Shown here piece after piece: positions 28,679 to 38,295 of a stretch of 64,000 nt of DNA. Where the stretch lies: NCBI GenBank assembly GCA_016195715.1, contig JACPZA010000002.1:43246-107245 (forward strand), given 5' to 3'. The stretch is from Candidatus Daviesbacteria bacterium. Its GTDB lineage: Bacteria; Patescibacteriota; Microgenomatia; Daviesbacterales; UBA10151. The position numbers were made by a program, and so were the translations under genes. The notes beneath the pieces are model-generated. The model saw only the letters and a list, made by a program, of their open reading frames with translations. It was not told the DNA's origin and did no database searches. The first letter of the stretch is position 1, and every line of letters starts with the position of its first letter.

Positions 28679-29924
28679 AATTTTTTGGAGAAATTTTGGC
28701 AAAACCAGTATATGAAACAAGTACTTCAGGAATTTTTACACTACCATCTGCTTGTTGAAAATTTTCTAAAATAGCGATTAAAGCTCTACTGATAGCAATT
28801 GCAGTTCCATTTAAAGTATGAACAAAATCTTTTTGACCATTTTTATCAAATTTTTCATTTAATCTCATGGCTTGATAATTGGTAGTATTAGAGGCTGAGG
28901 TGACTTCTCCATAGTCTCCTCTTCCAGGCATCCAGGCTTCAACATCAAACTTTCTATAAGCTGCCGCCCCCAAATCCCCAGCTGCAATATCAACTACCCT
29001 ATAAGGAATATTTAATTCCTGAAAGATTTTCTCTTCTAAGGAAAGAAGATATTGGTGCATTTTTTCTGAATCTTCTGGCAAGCAATAAATAAACATTTCT
29101 AATTTATCAAACTGATGAACTCTATATAAACCCTTTGAATGTTTCCCATATGCTCCTGCCTCTGTTCTAAAACAAGTTGAAAATCCTGCATATTTTAAGG
29201 GTAATTTTTCTGCAGGGATTGTTTCATCTTGATGGTAACCTCCTAAAGTAATTTCTGAGGTTCCAATTAGAGAAAGACCTTCTTCATCTAAACCATAAAC
29301 CTGTTTTTCTGGGCCTTTAGGAGCAAAACCAATACTTTCTAAAATAGAATTTTTAGCAATCTGTGGAGTAATCATAGGGATGAACCCCTCAGATTTTAAA
29401 ATATTTAAAACAAAGTGAATTAAGGCAAATTCTAAAAAAACTGCCTCATTTTTTAAATAATAAAATTTAGTTCCGGCTACTTTAGTACCTGCTTCAAAAT
29501 CGATTAGATTTAAATCTTTCCCAATTTGCTCATGATCTTTAGGGCTTTCTATTTCAGGTTTTTCTCCCCATTCCTTTAGGATTTTAAAATCTTCTTCAGC
29601 ACCTTCTGGGGAATCCGGAGAAACTAAATTAGGTAGTTTATTTAATAGTTCATTTAACTCTTCATTAATCTTTTTTAGAAGATCTTCAGCTATCTTAGCA
29701 TTTGCAGCAAGAGTACGCATATCTTGTCTTATTCTCTCAGTTGGCACACTAGAAGGAGTTTTCTCATTTATTTCTCGTTGTCTATTTTGTAAATCAGTTA
29801 GTTTCTTACTTTTTTCTTCAATCAACTTATCTAATTGATCTAATAGCTGGGTATCAAGTCCCCTTTTTCTCAAACTTATTAAGTATGCCTCTTTATTATT
29901 TTTATAAAAATTTACTAAACTCAT
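28668..29924 (-). CDS. serS: Seryl-tRNA synthetase
   Basis: N-terminal coiled-coil arm. Class II motifs FRTEAGAYGKHSKGLYRVHQFDKLEMF and GTAIAISRALIAILENFQ. Confidence 0.95.
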   Translation of the reverse strand: MSLVNFYKNNKEAYLISLRKRGLDTQLLDQLDKLIEEKSKKLTDLQNRQREINEKTPSSVPTERIRQDMRTLAANAKIAEDLLKKINEELNELLNKLPNLVSPDSPEGAEEDFKILKEWGEKPEIESPKDHEQIGKDLNLIDFEAGTKVAGTKFYYLKNEAVFLEFALIHFVLNILKSEGFIPMITPQIAKNSILESIGFAPKGPEKQVYGLDEEGLSLIGTSEITLGGYHQDETIPAEKLPLKYAGFSTCFRTEAGAYGKHSKGLYRVHQFDKLEMFIYCLPEDSEKMHQYLLSLEEKIFQELNIPYRVVDIAAGDLGAAAYRKFDVEAWMPGRGDYGEVTSASNTTNYQAMRLNEKFDKNGQKDFVHTLNGTAIAISRALIAILENFQQADGSVKIPEVLVSYTGFAKISPKNSSE

Positions 29925-29926
29925 AT

Positions 29927-30517
29927 TTATAATCCTAACTCACCAGAGATATTTTGCATGGCATCCAATGCAATTTTAACAAATTCTTCCAAAGGAATAT
30001 TTAATTCTTTTTCGCAAGCTAAAATTTGTTCTCTCTTGGCTCCAGCTGCAAAAGATTTTTGAGGAAACTTTTTTAAAACTGACTCAACTGTGACTGATGA
30101 TAACTTCTTGTCTGGTCTAACTAATGCGCAAGCTGTTATAAGTCCTGACAATTCATCAGCTGCATAAACTGACTTTTCTAAATAATTGTCTCTCGAATCT
30201 TTAATCCCATCATGGTGGGCTTTTATGCCTTGGATAATTCTTTCACTGACTTCTCCCAACTCTCTTAATTTTTGTTCAGTCACTAAGGTATGTTTAGTTG
30301 GATCTTTTTCTATTAGTTCATAATCGCCGTCATGAAGTAATCCAACAATTGCCCATTCTTCTTCATTAAATTCCTCTTTTGGTAAATCAAAGTGTTTCTT
30401 TTTTAAGAAATGACAAAGTGCTCTCATAATTGCTTCCACTGCAATTCCATGCTTTTGCAGATTTTTATTTTTAATCATCTCCGTCATTAATTTAGAAGCT
30501 TCGTCTCTGTTTATCAT
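29927..30517 (-). CDS. HD-superfamily (HDIG-like) metal-dependent phosphohydrolase
   Basis: H...H and VGLLHDGDYE motifs. Confidence 0.6.
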   Translation of the reverse strand: MINRDEASKLMTEMIKNKNLQKHGIAVEAIMRALCHFLKKKHFDLPKEEFNEEEWAIVGLLHDGDYELIEKDPTKHTLVTEQKLRELGEVSERIIQGIKAHHDGIKDSRDNYLEKSVYAADELSGLITACALVRPDKKLSSVTVESVLKKFPQKSFAAGAKREQILACEKELNIPLEEFVKIALDAMQNISGELGL

Positions 30518-30756
30518 ATAGATAGTGGTTTAGGTGAATAAAAGATAAAATAAATCTTACGAGAAGCCTCAGCCCATGACCAGAAAGCAAAATCCTGTAA
30601 GTTACAATAAGCTGTTTGAGGTGCTAGAAAATCTCCTCGCAATTTGTAACCACAAGGTAATAACTGACTTTTACTAAGAGCAAAAGAAACAAGTATGATG
30701 GCAGCACTTATTAGTAGTGCAACTGTAATCAATTTACTCTTTAAAAATTTTTGCAT
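30514..30756 (-). CDS. Small hypothetical membrane protein
   Basis: One TM helix. ATGA coupling with the upstream gene, and sits 2 nt from lysS. Confidence 0.3.
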   Translation of the reverse strand: MQKFLKSKLITVALLISAAIILVSFALSKSQLLPCGYKLRGDFLAPQTAYCNLQDFAFWSWAEASRKIYFIFYSPKPLSI

Positions 30757-30758
30757 TT

Positions 30759-32213
30759 TTATCTTTTTTTCTTTTCTGGCTTTAAAGTTGGGAATAAAAT
30801 AACATCTTTAATGGTGTGTTTATTAGTTAGAATGGAAACAAATCTATCAATGCCCATGCCCCAACCAGCAGTTGGAGGCATACCATATTCCAGTGCTTTA
30901 ATATAATCTTCATCCAAAACTTGATATTCATGCAAACCAGCTTTAGCTAATTTCATCTCCTCAAGCCACCTTTGTTTTTGTTCAATTGGATCATTTAACT
31001 CATTATAAGCATTAACTATTTCAAAGCCAGAAACTAATAATTGAAAAGAAGCAGACTTTTTTGGATCTGACTGCTTTTTCTTTGATAAAGGTTTCATTTC
31101 AAAAGGATAGTCAGTTAAAAATAATGGTTGGATAATTTTTGGTCTAGCAACTTGTTTATACAAAGTATCAACTAAAGCTCCATATCCTACTACTCCTTCC
31201 AAGTCTAGTTTAATATTTTTAGCTTTAATAGCTTTTAATAATTTTTCATCAGTGTCTTCTTTTCCTAAATCAATTCCAGAGTGTTCTTTCACTAATTGAT
31301 TAAAAGTCATTCTTTTAAAAGGCAGTTTAAAATTTATTTTTTGATTATCAAAGACTAAATTATATTTGCCATGAACTTCTTTAACTACAAATGCTACCAT
31401 CTTTTCAGTTAATTTCATCAAATCTTCATAATCTGCATAAGCCCAGTAAAACTCCATCATAGTAAACTCTGGATTGTGCTGTCTATCCATACCCTCATTT
31501 CGAAAGTCTTTGCAGATTTCAAAAATTTTTTCAAAACCCCCAACAATTAATCTTTTTAAATAAAGCTCATCAGAGATCCGCAAGTATAATTTAATTCCCA
31601 AAGCATTGTGAGTAGTAGTAAAGGGTTTGGCAGTTGCTCCACCATAAATTGGCTGCAAAGTTGGAGTTTCAACTTCTATAAAATCTTCTTGATGCATAAA
31701 ATCCCGAAGTAATCTAATAACTTTGTGTCGAATCGTAAAAGTTTTTCTAACCTCAGGGTTTAAAATTAAATCTAAATATCTTTGTCTGTATCTTTCTTCA
31801 ATATTTTCCAGTCCATAAAAAGATGAGGGCAGCGGCAGTAGTGATTTAGTTAAAAGTTTATATTTTGAAACTTTAACAGTTATCTCTCCAGCTTGAGTTT
31901 TAAAAACTTCACCTTCAGATTGAATAAAATCTCCAATATCCAAATTGGCTAAAAAATCAAAATCTTTGGTTTCATTTATTGAAAAAAATAACTGAATTTT
32001 GCCAGATTCATCTTCTAAATCAACAAAAGCAATTTTTCCCATTGTCCGAAGTGATCTAATTCTTCCTGCCACCACAACTTTTTGCCCCATTAAATCTTTA
32101 GCTCTATTTGCTGTATGAGTTCTTTTAACTTGAGCTGTGTAAGGATTAATTTTTAGTTGTCTAATATTTTTTAATTTTTTTAATCTGTCTTTTTTTAAAC
32201 TCTCCAGAGCCAT
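30759..32213 (-). CDS. lysS: Lysyl-tRNA synthetase, class II
   Basis: OB-fold N-terminus. FIEVETPTLQ, EFTMMEFYWAYADYEDLM, MPPTAGWGMGIDRFVSILT. Confidence 0.95.
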   Translation of the reverse strand: MALESLKKDRLKKLKNIRQLKINPYTAQVKRTHTANRAKDLMGQKVVVAGRIRSLRTMGKIAFVDLEDESGKIQLFFSINETKDFDFLANLDIGDFIQSEGEVFKTQAGEITVKVSKYKLLTKSLLPLPSSFYGLENIEERYRQRYLDLILNPEVRKTFTIRHKVIRLLRDFMHQEDFIEVETPTLQPIYGGATAKPFTTTHNALGIKLYLRISDELYLKRLIVGGFEKIFEICKDFRNEGMDRQHNPEFTMMEFYWAYADYEDLMKLTEKMVAFVVKEVHGKYNLVFDNQKINFKLPFKRMTFNQLVKEHSGIDLGKEDTDEKLLKAIKAKNIKLDLEGVVGYGALVDTLYKQVARPKIIQPLFLTDYPFEMKPLSKKKQSDPKKSASFQLLVSGFEIVNAYNELNDPIEQKQRWLEEMKLAKAGLHEYQVLDEDYIKALEYGMPPTAGWGMGIDRFVSILTNKHTIKDVILFPTLKPEKKKR

Positions 32214-32252
32214 GGCTCAAGTATAACTTAAGAGTCAGGAATTTTAAAAGAT

Positions 32253-32561
32253 GTGCTAATATTCTGTTATGAACTTTGTGCTATTTTTAGAAACTTTCTT
32301 TTTAAATCCCTGGATTTATTAGTATTGCTTTTAAAAATAAAGCTTACTAAAATAACCAGCATGGAAAAGTTAAGATCCCCTGAAGAGACAGCCACACTTT
32401 TGACTGCAATTCAAAATCACGAGCGATTTAGAATTCTAAAACCAGCAAATCAAATGCGAAAACAACATGGTTTACCAGATACCACTCAAGAAGAGGTTAT
32501 ACAAGGTAGAGCTAATCAAATAATACAAGATATTGCTCTTAGGAAAGAAAGAGGACAGTAA
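32253..32561 (+). CDS. Small hypothetical protein (likely starts at the internal MEKLRSPEE...)
   Basis: ORF only. The N-terminal 36 aa look non-coding. Confidence 0.3.
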   Translation: MLIFCYELCAIFRNFLFKSLDLLVLLLKIKLTKITSMEKLRSPEETATLLTAIQNHERFRILKPANQMRKQHGLPDTTQEEVIQGRANQIIQDIALRKERGQ

Positions 32562-32611
32562 TTCTCTTTATCTTACCTTTTTAAATTCAACTTGATATAA
32601 TTTCCCAACTT

Positions 32612-32688
32612 GCCGCCATCGTCTAGTGGTCCAGGACATCGGGTTCTCATCCCGAAAATCACGGGTTCGACTCCCGTTGGCGGTACCA
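32612..32688 (+). tRNA. tRNA-Glu (anticodon CUC), CCA encoded
   Basis: Cloverleaf folded by hand. Acceptor GCCGCCA/TGGCGGT, D-arm GTCT..GGAC, anticodon stem TCGGG/CCCGA with loop TTCTCAT, T-arm ACGGG-TTCGACT-CCCGT, 3' ACCA. Confidence 0.85.
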
Positions 32689-32722
32689 ATTTAAGTTTTA
32701 GCCTTTATGATATTATCTAATC

Positions 32723-32998
32723 ATGAGGCTAGTAAAAATACTTAGCTTAGTAGTCCTTATACTTTCTTTAGCTACATCTTTTTTAGGATGCATCATGTTT
32801 TTTTGTATTGCATCATTCTTCTATTTAGCCTTAATCGCTTGCATTTTGGGTATTTTTTCTAGTGTCCATTTGCTTTTTAATAAGCAGGGCAATATTTTAG
32901 TGATAATTTTTTTACCAGTCGCTTTTCCACTGGTGGCGGTTTTGATAGCATATTTTATGATGTTTTTAATTATCGGTTTAAAAGGTCTGGTTTTTTAA
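32723..32998 (+). CDS. Small 3-TM membrane protein, hypothetical
   Basis: Hydrophobic ORF immediately 3' of the tRNA. Confidence 0.4.
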   Translation: MRLVKILSLVVLILSLATSFLGCIMFFCIASFFYLALIACILGIFSSVHLLFNKQGNILVIIFLPVAFPLVAVLIAYFMMFLIIGLKGLVF

Positions 32999-33053
32999 CA
33001 TCCAGACCTGTCCAATTGAATTTAAATATAACGTGAAGTAACAAAATTTTTAA

Positions 33054-33530
33054 ACCAAGCTTTTTATTGACAATAAGCAAAAAAAGGTTGACCCAGAAAG
33101 AGGTGAAGAAACTGAGCCAAATAGAAAATTTGTAGTAGAGTTTGAAGATGCTGTTAGTGGAAAACCATTACCTGCTGGAGCTTGGGGGACTGAAAGTACT
33201 GAGAGACACGAATTTAGAAGAAGACTTTTAGAAAGAGCTGGTAAAGTTAGAACTGTATCTGGAAAACCGGCAACTTATACAGATTTTTTTGGAGAATTTC
33301 CTGGATTTGAAAAAGGAATAAAAGATCGGTTAACTAAAGGTCTTGGTGATCCTAAAGACATCTTAAAAGCTCAACCACCTACAGAAAAACAGGCAGAAGA
33401 ATTAGCTAGAATGCAAGAGAGATTAGTTTCTGAGTATAGTTTTTGTGAGTGTTGCGCCCCAAAACTTATAAAATATATTAGCGTTTTACTTAGACAAAGA
33501 GATAATAAAGCAAATGTAAAGAAGTAATTT
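33054..33530 (+). pseudogene. Start-less 158-codon ORF (no in-frame ATG/GTG/TTG until 40 codons from the end), GC-richer; probable 5'-truncated remnant of an acquired gene
   Basis: Translates cleanly (…KFVVEFEDAVSGKPLPAGAWGTESTERHEFRRRLLERAGKVRTVSGKPATYTDFF…CECCAPKLIKYISVLLRQRDNKANVKK). It is absent from the ORF track because it lacks a start codon. It is close to the tRNA. Confidence 0.35.
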
Positions 33531-33547
33531 GACTTTTTTTATCTTGA

Positions 33548-34030
33548 TTGGTAATCTGTTTTGATATGAGAAAAGTAGGTCCAATTTTAGCTTTGGGAAT
33601 TTTTTTAATAGCTATTTTTTTGATTCTTAAATTATCTAAAAATAATTCTTATTCAATTACCCAAACTCAAACACCTCAACCAACTGCTTCAGCTCTTGAT
33701 CCTAGAGATTTTGGTCCCCCTTCAAATACCGCTCACTTTATTAAAAGTATACCCACGCATAAAGCTACTTTGTCCAAATTACCAGACTATATAGAAATTG
33801 ATTTTGATGCTCCTCTTAAAGAAACTTCCAATTTAACCATTGAAAATGGTGATGATCAATACGTTGATGGAGATACAATTATTTCTGCAGACAAACTGAG
33901 TATGAAAAGAAAAGTTGATCATTTAGCTCCAGATGGTAGGTATTACATTGCCTATTCAGCATGTTTCACTAATTCCTCAGATTGTCTGAATGGCTATTTT
34001 AAATTTGCAGTAGACAGGTCTCTAAAGTAG
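33548..34030 (+). CDS. Exported CopC-like (copper-resistance protein C fold) domain protein
   Basis: Signal anchor. HFIKSIPTHKATLSKLPDYIEIDFDAPL...LTIENGDDQYVDGDTIISADKLSMKRKVDHLAPDGRYYIAYSACF...GYFKFAV resembles the CopC beta-sandwich pattern, but the DGH motif is not conserved. Confidence 0.4.
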   Translation: MVICFDMRKVGPILALGIFLIAIFLILKLSKNNSYSITQTQTPQPTASALDPRDFGPPSNTAHFIKSIPTHKATLSKLPDYIEIDFDAPLKETSNLTIENGDDQYVDGDTIISADKLSMKRKVDHLAPDGRYYIAYSACFTNSSDCLNGYFKFAVDRSLK

Positions 34031-34033
34031 AAG

Positions 34034-35533
34034 TTAATGACAACTCTCCCCCTTGCAAGTTTGAAGTTGGTGTAACCTAGTTCTAGCTGGATAAAGATTG
34101 ACAATATCAACATTCCTGCACTCTTTTTTGCCAGAATAGGTCATATTACAAAGCTCATCAGGATCAGTGTTTAAATTATAATATTCAGTATCTGTGATCT
34201 TACCTACAGTATCAACCCATTCAACATATTTATGATCCTCAGATCTAACTCCAGTAAAGATATGCCCAGGATCAGAATCATCAGATTCAATTAAAAAATC
34301 ACTTCTCCAGCTAGAAACTGGTTGGTTTTTAAGTAGAGGAACTAACGATAATCCATCAAAAGTTCTACCAGCTTTAGCCCCAGCTATATCCACAATTGTG
34401 GCAGCGAGGTCTATATTGACTGCTGGTCTAGAAATAGTTTGGACTGGGTAGCCAGGACCTCTAATTAACAAAGGTACTCTTATTGATGGCTCATATGCTA
34501 AAACTTTGCCTTCTGATTTCCTGTGTTCACCATGGAAAAAACCATTGTCAGAAGTAAAGATAACCACAGTGTTATCCATTTGATGATTTAATTGCAAAGT
34601 AGTAACTATAGCCTGAACACCTCTATCTACAGATTGCAGGGCATCTAATCTATTTCTATAGTTTGTGGTAATGTCATTGATATCACTTTGGCTAAACCTT
34701 TGGCCATTATTTAAATTTTGAATATAGGCAGGTTTATCAGAAACATCAGCCTCATTAAAACTAGGTGGCGTGGGTAATGGTTCATTGTCAAAAGTATGTA
34801 AGTCCTGGTTAGCAGCTACCACTTTCCCAGCATTAGAGTCTCCATGGGGAGCAAAGTAACAAATCCACATAAAGTATGGATTGCTATCATTTGCATGCCT
34901 GTTAATAAAATCTAAGGATTTAGTAGTTTCAACATTAATCTGATATTCATTATTATCAGAGCCATAAGTTACTAGATGAGGAGCAACTCCTGGAGAATAC
35001 TCATTTAAAGTATAGTTGTAGTAGCTATAAATACTATCTTGCCAGCCAACTGCCTCCTCAGTCCAGCCAGAGGGTACACTAGCTGGGTCAGCAGGAGCTG
35101 GACCAGTTACTTTACCATAACCATTTAAATATTTTCCAACATGAAAAGTAGTATAACCTGCAACCTGTAACCAAATTGGCAAAACATTAGAGTTATCAGT
35201 CAATGCAGAATATCCCCCATCAGTGCCTTTATTAGAAAAGACATGGTTGTTATGAGAGTATTGGCCAGTTAAAAAGGTAGCTCTTGAAGGACAACATAAA
35301 GAGTTAGCTACAAAACTATTAGCAAAAGTTGCTCCAGCCCCACCAATAAGCTTATTAGTTAAAGGCATCTTACTCATAGAATCCATAGTTTGATCATCAG
35401 TCATAATCACAATAATATTAGGCTTACTACTAGTGGTTGCAGCTTGGGTTTTAAAATTTTTAGTCTGCAAAATTGGAGAGAGAAGAAATAAAACTGCTAT
35501 AGATCCAGTCAACAAAAATAAAGGGAATTTCAT
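34034..35533 (-). CDS. Secreted Cys-type sulfatase (arylsulfatase / N-acetylglucosamine-6-sulfatase family)
   Basis: Signal peptide. PNIIVIMTDDQTMDS, the formylglycine motif CCPSRATFLTGQY, GKYLNGYG. Confidence 0.9.
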   Translation of the reverse strand: MKFPLFLLTGSIAVLFLLSPILQTKNFKTQAATTSSKPNIIVIMTDDQTMDSMSKMPLTNKLIGGAGATFANSFVANSLCCPSRATFLTGQYSHNNHVFSNKGTDGGYSALTDNSNVLPIWLQVAGYTTFHVGKYLNGYGKVTGPAPADPASVPSGWTEEAVGWQDSIYSYYNYTLNEYSPGVAPHLVTYGSDNNEYQINVETTKSLDFINRHANDSNPYFMWICYFAPHGDSNAGKVVAANQDLHTFDNEPLPTPPSFNEADVSDKPAYIQNLNNGQRFSQSDINDITTNYRNRLDALQSVDRGVQAIVTTLQLNHQMDNTVVIFTSDNGFFHGEHRKSEGKVLAYEPSIRVPLLIRGPGYPVQTISRPAVNIDLAATIVDIAGAKAGRTFDGLSLVPLLKNQPVSSWRSDFLIESDDSDPGHIFTGVRSEDHKYVEWVDTVGKITDTEYYNLNTDPDELCNMTYSGKKECRNVDIVNLYPARTRLHQLQTCKGESCH

Positions 35534-35588
35534 TTTCTAAAGCAAAAAGATTCTGACAGATATACTAAAAAAAGTCAATTAAAGATTC

Positions 35589-35987
35589 CTAATTTTTTGG
35601 TTTAAAATCTAGGGCTACTGAGTTTATACAATATCTTTTGCAAGTTTTGGTTGGACCATCATCAAAGACGTGGCCTAAGTGCGCTCCACAGTTTTTACAA
35701 ATTACCTCAGTCCGAACCATCCCTAAACTTAAATCTTGCTTTAGTTCAACATTTTCTGTATTGACTGGATCATCAAAGCTTGGCCAACCAGTTCCAGAAT
35801 CAAACTTAGCATCTGAGGAAAATAAATTTGCTCCACAAGCTACACAAGTATACATCCCTTTTTCATGGTTATCTAAAAGTTTGCCAGAAAATGGAGCTTC
35901 TGTACCTTTCATTCTGGTAATTTCAAACTGTTCTTTAGTTAGTTTTTTCTGCCAATATTTTGCATCTTTTTTTTGCATATTTTTCAT
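35589..35987 (-). CDS. msrB: Peptide-methionine (R)-S-oxide reductase MsrB
   Basis: Two CxxC zinc motifs ([21 protein letters not shown]), GWPSF, and the catalytic C in RYCINS. Confidence 0.9.
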   Translation of the reverse strand: MKNMQKKDAKYWQKKLTKEQFEITRMKGTEAPFSGKLLDNHEKGMYTCVACGANLFSSDAKFDSGTGWPSFDDPVNTENVELKQDLSLGMVRTEVICKNCGAHLGHVFDDGPTKTCKRYCINSVALDFKPKN

Positions 35988-36574
35988 AATTTTTTAAACT
36001 CCTCAGCTGTGATCCATTTAGCTTCTGGAAGATTTTCATATTTGGGATTAGCTACTGCTTTAACCTCTCCATTTTCATCTACCAAATAATAAGCCATACC
36101 TTGCATATTTTTGATAATTTCATAATCACTGGGTTTATGTCCAGATCTCCAGTCATCAAAAGAAATTAAGGGCAATTTTCCAACATTGCTCCAAGAATGT
36201 CCCCACTCCGGAGTGATTAAAATTTCATCTCCTGGTTTGGCTTTAATTAAATAAACTTCCTCAACCTGATCTTCTACAATATTATCATCTTTTAGAATTC
36301 TCTTTTGCATTACCAAAACCCCTTCACCTTCTACTAAATGATATGTTTCATTGACATTTGTGCCATGATAATGTCCAAAAGTTTTAGGATATTCATTCCC
36401 ATATCTTCCTGGCACAATCACAGTCATATTAGCCCAGGCTTTGTCATCCTGAGGTGTAGCCGAAGGATCTGATATCTCTGGAAATACCCAATACACTGGA
36501 TCTGGCCCAGAAGCATCTGGATCTTTTAATACTGGCCTATTTCCTTCTAAATCTCTAACTGACCCAAGTTTCAT
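35984..36574 (-). CDS. Cupin-type (archaeal-type) glucose-6-phosphate isomerase, cPGI
   Basis: Cupin metal motif [23 protein letters not shown] matches the cPGI signature (GHxH...E). The second cupin motif is [14 protein letters not shown]. 196 aa. ATGA overlap with msrB. Confidence 0.55.
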   Translation of the reverse strand: MKLGSVRDLEGNRPVLKDPDASGPDPVYWVFPEISDPSATPQDDKAWANMTVIVPGRYGNEYPKTFGHYHGTNVNETYHLVEGEGVLVMQKRILKDDNIVEDQVEEVYLIKAKPGDEILITPEWGHSWSNVGKLPLISFDDWRSGHKPSDYEIIKNMQGMAYYLVDENGEVKAVANPKYENLPEAKWITAEEFKKL

Positions 36575-36629
36575 AGAATTTAGTTTTGCATATTTTATGT
36601 TTTAAAACAAGGAGTACTATAATGTATTT

Positions 36630-37034
36630 ATGGTTTATTTACAGATCCTCCTAAAAGCTTTTAGTCAAGTTTTTTTTCAGGAAAATATTTATCTAGGAGC
36701 GTTAATAATTTTAGGACTTTTAATAGCATCCCCTATTGCTTTACTTCTTGCTTTAGTTGGTGATATTTCAAGCTTAATAACTGCAAATTTTCTTAATGTT
36801 CAAAAAGAAGCTTTCACTTCAGGTCATTATGCTTTCAATGGAATTTTAATAGGCACAGCGATTTCTTTTTATATTAAAGATCTGCCACTAGCTCTTGTGC
36901 TCACAATCCTTGCTTCCATGCTTGCTACTCTCTTTTATCACCAACTCTTCAAAAATAACCTAACTCCCCTCGCTTCACCATTTATATTAATTACCTGGGG
37001 TGTTTTATTCCTGGCAAAATTCATTCATTTTTAA
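36630..37034 (+). CDS. Small 4-TM membrane protein, hypothetical
   Basis: Hydrophobic ORF. Confidence 0.4.
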   Translation: MVYLQILLKAFSQVFFQENIYLGALIILGLLIASPIALLLALVGDISSLITANFLNVQKEAFTSGHYAFNGILIGTAISFYIKDLPLALVLTILASMLATLFYHQLFKNNLTPLASPFILITWGVLFLAKFIHF

Positions 37035-37797
37035 TAGATGCATTTATATTATCCTTTAGTTGATTAACGTATAAATCATATGGTAGTTCAGCTAAGAGTA
37101 ATAACTCTCTTCTAGCTTCTCCATCAGCTTGATATTTTGCTGCATCAATTTGCCTAAATCTAATTCTGATATATGCACCCTGTTCTGAAACGTCATCTTC
37201 ACCACTTAATGGTCCATCTTTAGGTTCTAAATAAAAATCTTGCAGAATGGAGATTAAAGTTTGATCTTCCTTAACTACTCTGTCTGATTGAAAATGCCCT
37301 GCTCTTAGGTTATGCCCAAGCTCATTTACTATAAAAGTTTTAGTTTCTTTAAATTGATCAGAAAGTTGCTTTAGATCATCACTACCTATCCCTAAAAATC
37401 TACAAATATTATCCCCCGTTTTAGTAGTTCTTCGATCATTATTAATAAATTGCATTTTTCCATGTTCAATATAACTTATTGAGGCTTGACTATATCCTCC
37501 AAGCTGCTCACCTAACTCAGTCTGACTTAAAACCTGATTCAACCTTTGAAACATTAAAATGCTTCCAATAAAAGAGGGTTCATATGGTCTTTCATAACCA
37601 GCTTTTCTTGTTCTATCTCTTTTCAAAGGCTGAGCTTCAACAAACTTTTCTTCTGAAAAAGGACTATAAGATGCAGCTAAAGGAGCAACCCTCTGCACCC
37701 CTTTGGTTTCTTTGAGGCCTTGAGCAAACTGTAAGGCTTCTTGATCATTTCTTAAATTAGCTCTAACTAAAAAATTATATTCAGGACTCATCTTCAC
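37021..37797 (-). CDS. XRE-family helix-turn-helix domain protein with N- and C-terminal extensions
   Basis: HTH_XRE segment RLNQVLSQTELGEQLGGYSQASISYIEHGK. The downstream NELGH is only HEXXH-like. Composition is GC-richer. Confidence 0.5.
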   Translation of the reverse strand: MKMSPEYNFLVRANLRNDQEALQFAQGLKETKGVQRVAPLAASYSPFSEEKFVEAQPLKRDRTRKAGYERPYEPSFIGSILMFQRLNQVLSQTELGEQLGGYSQASISYIEHGKMQFINNDRRTTKTGDNICRFLGIGSDDLKQLSDQFKETKTFIVNELGHNLRAGHFQSDRVVKEDQTLISILQDFYLEPKDGPLSGEDDVSEQGAYIRIRFRQIDAAKYQADGEARRELLLLAELPYDLYVNQLKDNINASIKNE

Positions 37798-38245
37798 CTT
37801 TCTTTTGTTTTTCTAAATCTTCATCCATGTAATCTAATAGCCTAGACAGCGTATCCAAGCCATTTGGACCTTTCATTGGTGCTTCTCTACCTGCCCAGTC
37901 TTGTGCTCCTTGTTGATAAATATTAAAAAGAATAGTTCGTTCTCTAAATCGTTCTGGTCCTTTTTCCAAAAGAACTGAAATAGGCTTTGTACTAATACCC
38001 CCAAAATCTACCTTCAAAATAAGATCTACAGTAGCAATAAGAGGACCTCTTCGAGTAGTGAGTCGACCAATGCTTATACCTACCGGAGGAGTTATAAGTG
38101 ATTCATAATCGCGCACCCCGTATATAGAGAGCATAGCTACTGATTTTCTTCTCATGAAACGAAGCTGTGATAGATAATCGTCTTCAGCTTGTGCTCTCCA
38201 AAGCTCAGCAAAAGGTTCAAGGTATTCAAATCGAGATCTTTCCAT
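37781..38245 (-). CDS. Hypothetical protein, translationally coupled (17-nt overlap) to the XRE-HTH protein gene
   Basis: ORF with atypical (GC-richer) composition. No recognised motif. Confidence 0.4.
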   Translation of the reverse strand: MERSRFEYLEPFAELWRAQAEDDYLSQLRFMRRKSVAMLSIYGVRDYESLITPPVGISIGRLTTRRGPLIATVDLILKVDFGGISTKPISVLLEKGPERFRERTILFNIYQQGAQDWAGREAPMKGPNGLDTLSRLLDYMDEDLEKQKKGEDES

Positions 38246-38295
38246 ATATTTCCCATAAGCTTGTATTTAACTTATAGTGTGGTATAATATAAACT

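Noticed and set aside
35638-35997. 119-aa ORF antisense to msrB
   Set aside because: MsrB motifs on the opposite strand are unambiguous. The antisense product is low-complexity.
37300-37420. ImmA/IrrE-type HEXXH metalloprotease motif in the XRE-HTH protein (…IVNELGHNLRAGH…)
   Set aside because: The first position is Asn, not His (NELGH), so the zinc-binding HEXXH is not intact. It is kept only as a remark.
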